Below are positions 61,124-64,000 of a DNA stretch of 64,000 nt, piece after piece. Made by a program: the position numbers and the translations under genes. The stretch lies in the NCBI GenBank assembly GCA_963846575.1, contig CAWJWJ010000002.1:416001-480000 (forward strand). Direction: 5' to 3'. Source of the stretch: an uncultured Nitrospiraceae bacterium (GTDB lineage: Bacteria > Nitrospirota > Nitrospiria > Nitrospirales > Nitrospiraceae). Numbering within the stretch: the first letter of the stretch is position 1; the number at the start of each line of letters is the position of its first letter. The notes below the pieces were generated by a model that made no database searches, was not told the DNA's origin, and was given only the letters and a program-made list of their open reading frames with translations.

Positions 61124-61567
61124 ATGAGAACGGCCTGGAGATATGTTCATGTGAGCATGTTGGCTCTTCTCATGCTGGTTGGTCCCGTCTTTACCCTGCC
61201 CGTGAGAGGCGCGGAGGGGCCACTCGTCCCGCCGTTATTCGTACCCGTCGATCCTCTAGATGGTATTCAGCGTGCCACCATCATTCTGGACAGCTACGCG
61301 TACACGCCGAACCATGTGATCGTGCAAGCCGGGAGGCCGGTCGAATTACTCCTGACCAGTATCACGACCATCACTCCGCATAACTTTTTATTAAAAAACG
61401 AGGCCGCGGGTCTGTCTATCGAGCGCGACGTCGGTTCAGGGCGTACCGTTACCGTCCAATTCACCGTGATGAAGCCCGGCATCTACCCGTTCCATTGCGA
61501 CAAAAAACTCCTGTTCTTCCCTAGTCATCAGGAGAAGGGCATGGAAGGCACATTGGAAGTGAGATAA
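61124..61567 (+). CDS. Exported cupredoxin-domain protein
   Basis: Signal peptide; HNF...KPGIYPFHC...H..KGMEGTL type-1 Cu ligands. Confidence 0.85.
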   Translation: MRTAWRYVHVSMLALLMLVGPVFTLPVRGAEGPLVPPLFVPVDPLDGIQRATIILDSYAYTPNHVIVQAGRPVELLLTSITTITPHNFLLKNEAAGLSIERDVGSGRTVTVQFTVMKPGIYPFHCDKKLLFFPSHQEKGMEGTLEVR

Positions 61568-62620
61568 GTAGGTACCTCCACGTCTATTGATTCCGCAAGA
61601 CACGAACTTCTTCACGGCATCCTCAAGCAGGTTTCACGGTCTTTCTACCTGACCCTCAACGTGCTGCCGGCGGATGTGCGGGATCAGATGGGCCTGGCCT
61701 ATCTCTTCGCTCGCGCCGCCGATACCATCGCCGATACCGATTTGATCAGCCGTGAGGAGCGTCTCAGGTATCTGGAACAGTTCCGGGCGCAGTTCAGCGT
61801 CGCTCATGTGGAACGGAAGGATGTGCTGGCGATCCAACTGGCGCTCGTTGGCCGTCAGACGGAGTCAGCGGAGCGGGTGCTGCTGCAACGGTTGGACGAG
61901 TGTCTGGCGCTCTATGACCGGTTCGACTCGGCCGATCAAGAGCGCATTCGATGGCTGATGGGAGTATTGCCTGACGGCATGGCAATGGATCTGAAGTGTT
62001 TCCCCGGTCAGTCGGCGCAGGAGCTAACGGCCCTTGGAACACTTGACGAACTCGATCGGTACACATACCACGTTGCCGGTTGTGTGGGGGAGTTCTGGAC
62101 CAGGATGATCTGTGCCCACCGTCCGGCAATGGCCCGGTGGGATGTGAAGCAGATGTCTGCCATCGGTGTACGATTCGGTAAGGGCTTGCAGCTCACCAAC
62201 ATTGTCAAAGATCTCGCACGGGACCTCCAACGTGGCCGCTGCTACGTGCCCGAACCGCTCCTGCGAGAAGTCGGACTGACACCGGCAGACCTGCTGAACC
62301 AAGGCAACCTGCCGAAATTCAGACCGGTTTTGAACAGGTTGATCCGAACGGCCATGGAACACTTGGATCAAGGCTGGATGTACACCATGGCCCTTCCACG
62401 TTTTGAAATCCGTCAACGATTGGCTTGCATGTGGCCGATTTTACTGGCCGGGGAAACGCTCAAGCGTGTGGCCGCGGCGACTGATCTCCTGGACCCCGCC
62501 GTCAATGTCAAAGCGCCGCGCGCCGTCGTCTATCGCGTGCTGGCGCTCACGACCCTCACGGGAGCTTGCGGTTATGTCGGCACCGCCTATTGGGGCCGGC
62601 TACGAAAGCAGATCGTCTAG
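61568..62620 (+). CDS. Squalene/phytoene synthase family (farnesyl-diphosphate farnesyltransferase-like); start codon unresolved
   Basis: LKQVSRSFYL, RAADTIAD, YTYHVAGCVG, GKGLQLTNIVKD..RD..RGRCYVP. Confidence 0.9.
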   Translation, partial: VGTSTSIDSARHELLHGILKQVSRSFYLTLNVLPADVRDQMGLAYLFARAADTIADTDLISREERLRYLEQFRAQFSVAHVERKDVLAIQLALVGRQTESAERVLLQRLDECLALYDRFDSADQERIRWLMGVLPDGMAMDLKCFPGQSAQELTALGTLDELDRYTYHVAGCVGEFWTRMICAHRPAMARWDVKQMSAIGVRFGKGLQLTNIVKDLARDLQRGRCYVPEPLLREVGLTPADLLNQGNLPKFRPVLNRLIRTAMEHLDQGWMYTMALPRFEIRQRLACMWPILLAGETLKRVAAATDLLDPAVNVKAPRAVVYRVLALTTLTGACGYVGTAYWGRLRKQIV

Positions 62621-62785
62621 CCTGACCGCGCACGTTCCCCTTGTGTCTCCGCAACTCCTCGTGTGTGCCGGTCCGTCAGTGTGCGTCCCATTATAGGTCT
62701 GTCCTGGTAGATTCCCGCGGCGCGCGTCCAATGAGAGCCTTGTTAGCCTGCCTGTGCGGAACAGGAGGCTCTGCCAGGAGTCCGC

Positions 62786-63082
62786 TTACTTCTTCTGCGG
62801 TTCCAGCAGCTTCTCGCCCTTCTTGAAGACGGCATAGATCGCTTGCGACGGACAGGCGTCCAAACATAACCGGCAGCTTTCGAGGCAACGGGAGGGATCG
62901 AACTTATAGGGCGGTGTCGAAAGCCATGCGCTGGTCGGGCAGATGGGAACACAAATGGCTTGATGGGTGCAACGATCGGGATGGCGGACGAGGTGATCGC
63001 GAATGACCAGCATGGGCTTCACTCCTTCGAAGAGACCTTGCGAGAAGATCTCGAACATGTTTTTGTGCGGTAGACTGCTCAC
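62786..63082 (-). CDS. 4Fe-4S dicluster ferredoxin-like protein
   Basis: CTHQAICVPICP and CLESCRLCLDACPSQAI; GTGA overlap with upstream stop. Confidence 0.8.
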   Translation of the reverse strand: MSSLPHKNMFEIFSQGLFEGVKPMLVIRDHLVRHPDRCTHQAICVPICPTSAWLSTPPYKFDPSRCLESCRLCLDACPSQAIYAVFKKGEKLLEPQKK

Positions 63083-63492
63083 TTCCACTCCTTGACCAGA
63101 GCTTTAAGCCGGTCTTTCAATTCCGGGATCTGTTCCATGTTATTGCGGATCGCCCCAAGGATATTTTCAAGACGCGCCGATCGCTGGGCATCTTTATCTT
63201 GCTTCACCAGCTGATCATATCCGACATAGGCCTCGCGGTGTAGAGGCTCCAGATAGGGTCGGCTTGCTTGTAACGCTTCGCCCAGTTCGTATGGTTCGGC
63301 CGCCAGCGCGGGAGCCACGACAAATGAGCCATCTGTGAAGACGAGGACCACCGATCCGGCCTTGCTTTTCAGTGGCGTCACGACTTCGACCGTCTTCCCG
63401 GTAAGTTGTTCCCAGTGGTGGAGCAATCCCGGAAATGCTTTAAGGTAGGCCACCTTTTCCATGTTGGCCTTCCATTTATCGTCGGCTGGCAT
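63079..63492 (-). CDS. Hypothetical protein
   Basis: 137-aa ORF between two ferredoxin genes; GAGG RBS. Confidence 0.75.
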   Translation of the reverse strand: MPADDKWKANMEKVAYLKAFPGLLHHWEQLTGKTVEVVTPLKSKAGSVVLVFTDGSFVVAPALAAEPYELGEALQASRPYLEPLHREAYVGYDQLVKQDKDAQRSARLENILGAIRNNMEQIPELKDRLKALVKEWK

Positions 63493-63527
63493 AGAAACCT
63501 CGCGAGATGCAGGGGCCTGTGCTGAAT

Positions 63528-63878
63528 TCAGGCCTTTAGTGGAGAGAGGAGCGGGGTCGGGGCTTGATCGGGCATGAGCAGGCGTTCGACGAGCTCCCCC
63601 TTCACGATGTGGCGCTCCATAATTTCTTTGACGTCAGCCTCGGAGGTGACGCGATACCAAACGCCTTCAGGATATACGACGACGCTCGGACCTTGAGCGC
63701 AATAGTCTAGGCAACCCGCTTTGTTGGCACGGACGATCCCTTTCAGATTCAGACGCTTGGCTTCCTGCTTGAAACAGGCATGCAGCCCTTCGGACCCGAG
63801 CTTCGAACAGCTTCCCCGCGGATCGTCGGGTTCGCGTTTGTTTGTGCAGACGAATATGTGGCGTTGATAGCCGGTCAT
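63528..63878 (-). CDS. Thioredoxin-like [2Fe-2S] ferredoxin
   Basis: HIFVCTN...GSC...RANKAGCLDYCAQGPSVVVYPEGVWY. Confidence 0.93.
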   Translation of the reverse strand: MTGYQRHIFVCTNKREPDDPRGSCSKLGSEGLHACFKQEAKRLNLKGIVRANKAGCLDYCAQGPSVVVYPEGVWYRVTSEADVKEIMERHIVKGELVERLLMPDQAPTPLLSPLKA

Positions 63879-64000
63879 ACGACTTCTTCCACGAAATGCG
63901 GTCTGATGTGCACGGTCATGCCTGACTATGGAACCGTTCAATGAGTTGCTTGACGTCCCCGACATTGAGAAGCGGCGAGCCGGCAGCCTGGGTGCCTGCA

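Noticed and set aside
1..64000. CRISPR array, rRNA, IS transposase, reverse transcriptase
   Set aside because: No regularly spaced repeat array, rRNA-like sequence, DDE transposase or RT motifs seen by eye or in the ORF track.

Overview
GC-rich bacterial chromosome segment. The gene families and small hypothetical proteins suggest Nitrospira/Nitrospirota, but this is inference and unverified. Two blocks of apparently intact housekeeping genes flank the accessory DNA. The left block (1-18.4 kb) holds biotin carboxylase, a PstS-like binding protein, a desaturase, hemE-hemH-hemY, mazG, ntrYX-like genes and purMN. The right block (51.7-64 kb) holds a phosphorelay/GGDEF operon, yqeY, an MFS transporter, glutathione peroxidase, htpX, squalene/phytoene synthase and ferredoxins. 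Between them, a ~28.3-kb island is inserted in the 3' end of tRNA-Ala(CGC), bounded by the 12-bp direct repeat TGCCCTCCACCA (18485-18496 / 46824-46835). The island carries a frameshifted large serine recombinase, a decaying filamentous (inovirus-like) prophage and ~21 kb of cargo. The prophage includes Rep_trans, SSB, pIII/pVI-like genes, Zot, two coat paralogues and an antisense RadC/JAB gene. The cargo includes tyrosinase plus a caddie-like protein, a PilZ-EamA fusion, a PhyH dioxygenase, two-component systems and a ~530-bp duplicated cassette. The most striking observation is that the att site lies inside the recombinase 3' end. The integrated gene ends ...GGGQGS*, with the stop supplied by the tRNA antisense strand. 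The excised/circular form would end ...GGGQAIRPSLVSGLSFKIEGIALAA*, gaining an ssrA-like -ALAA degron, which makes this a candidate recombination-controlled proteolysis switch on the integrase itself.
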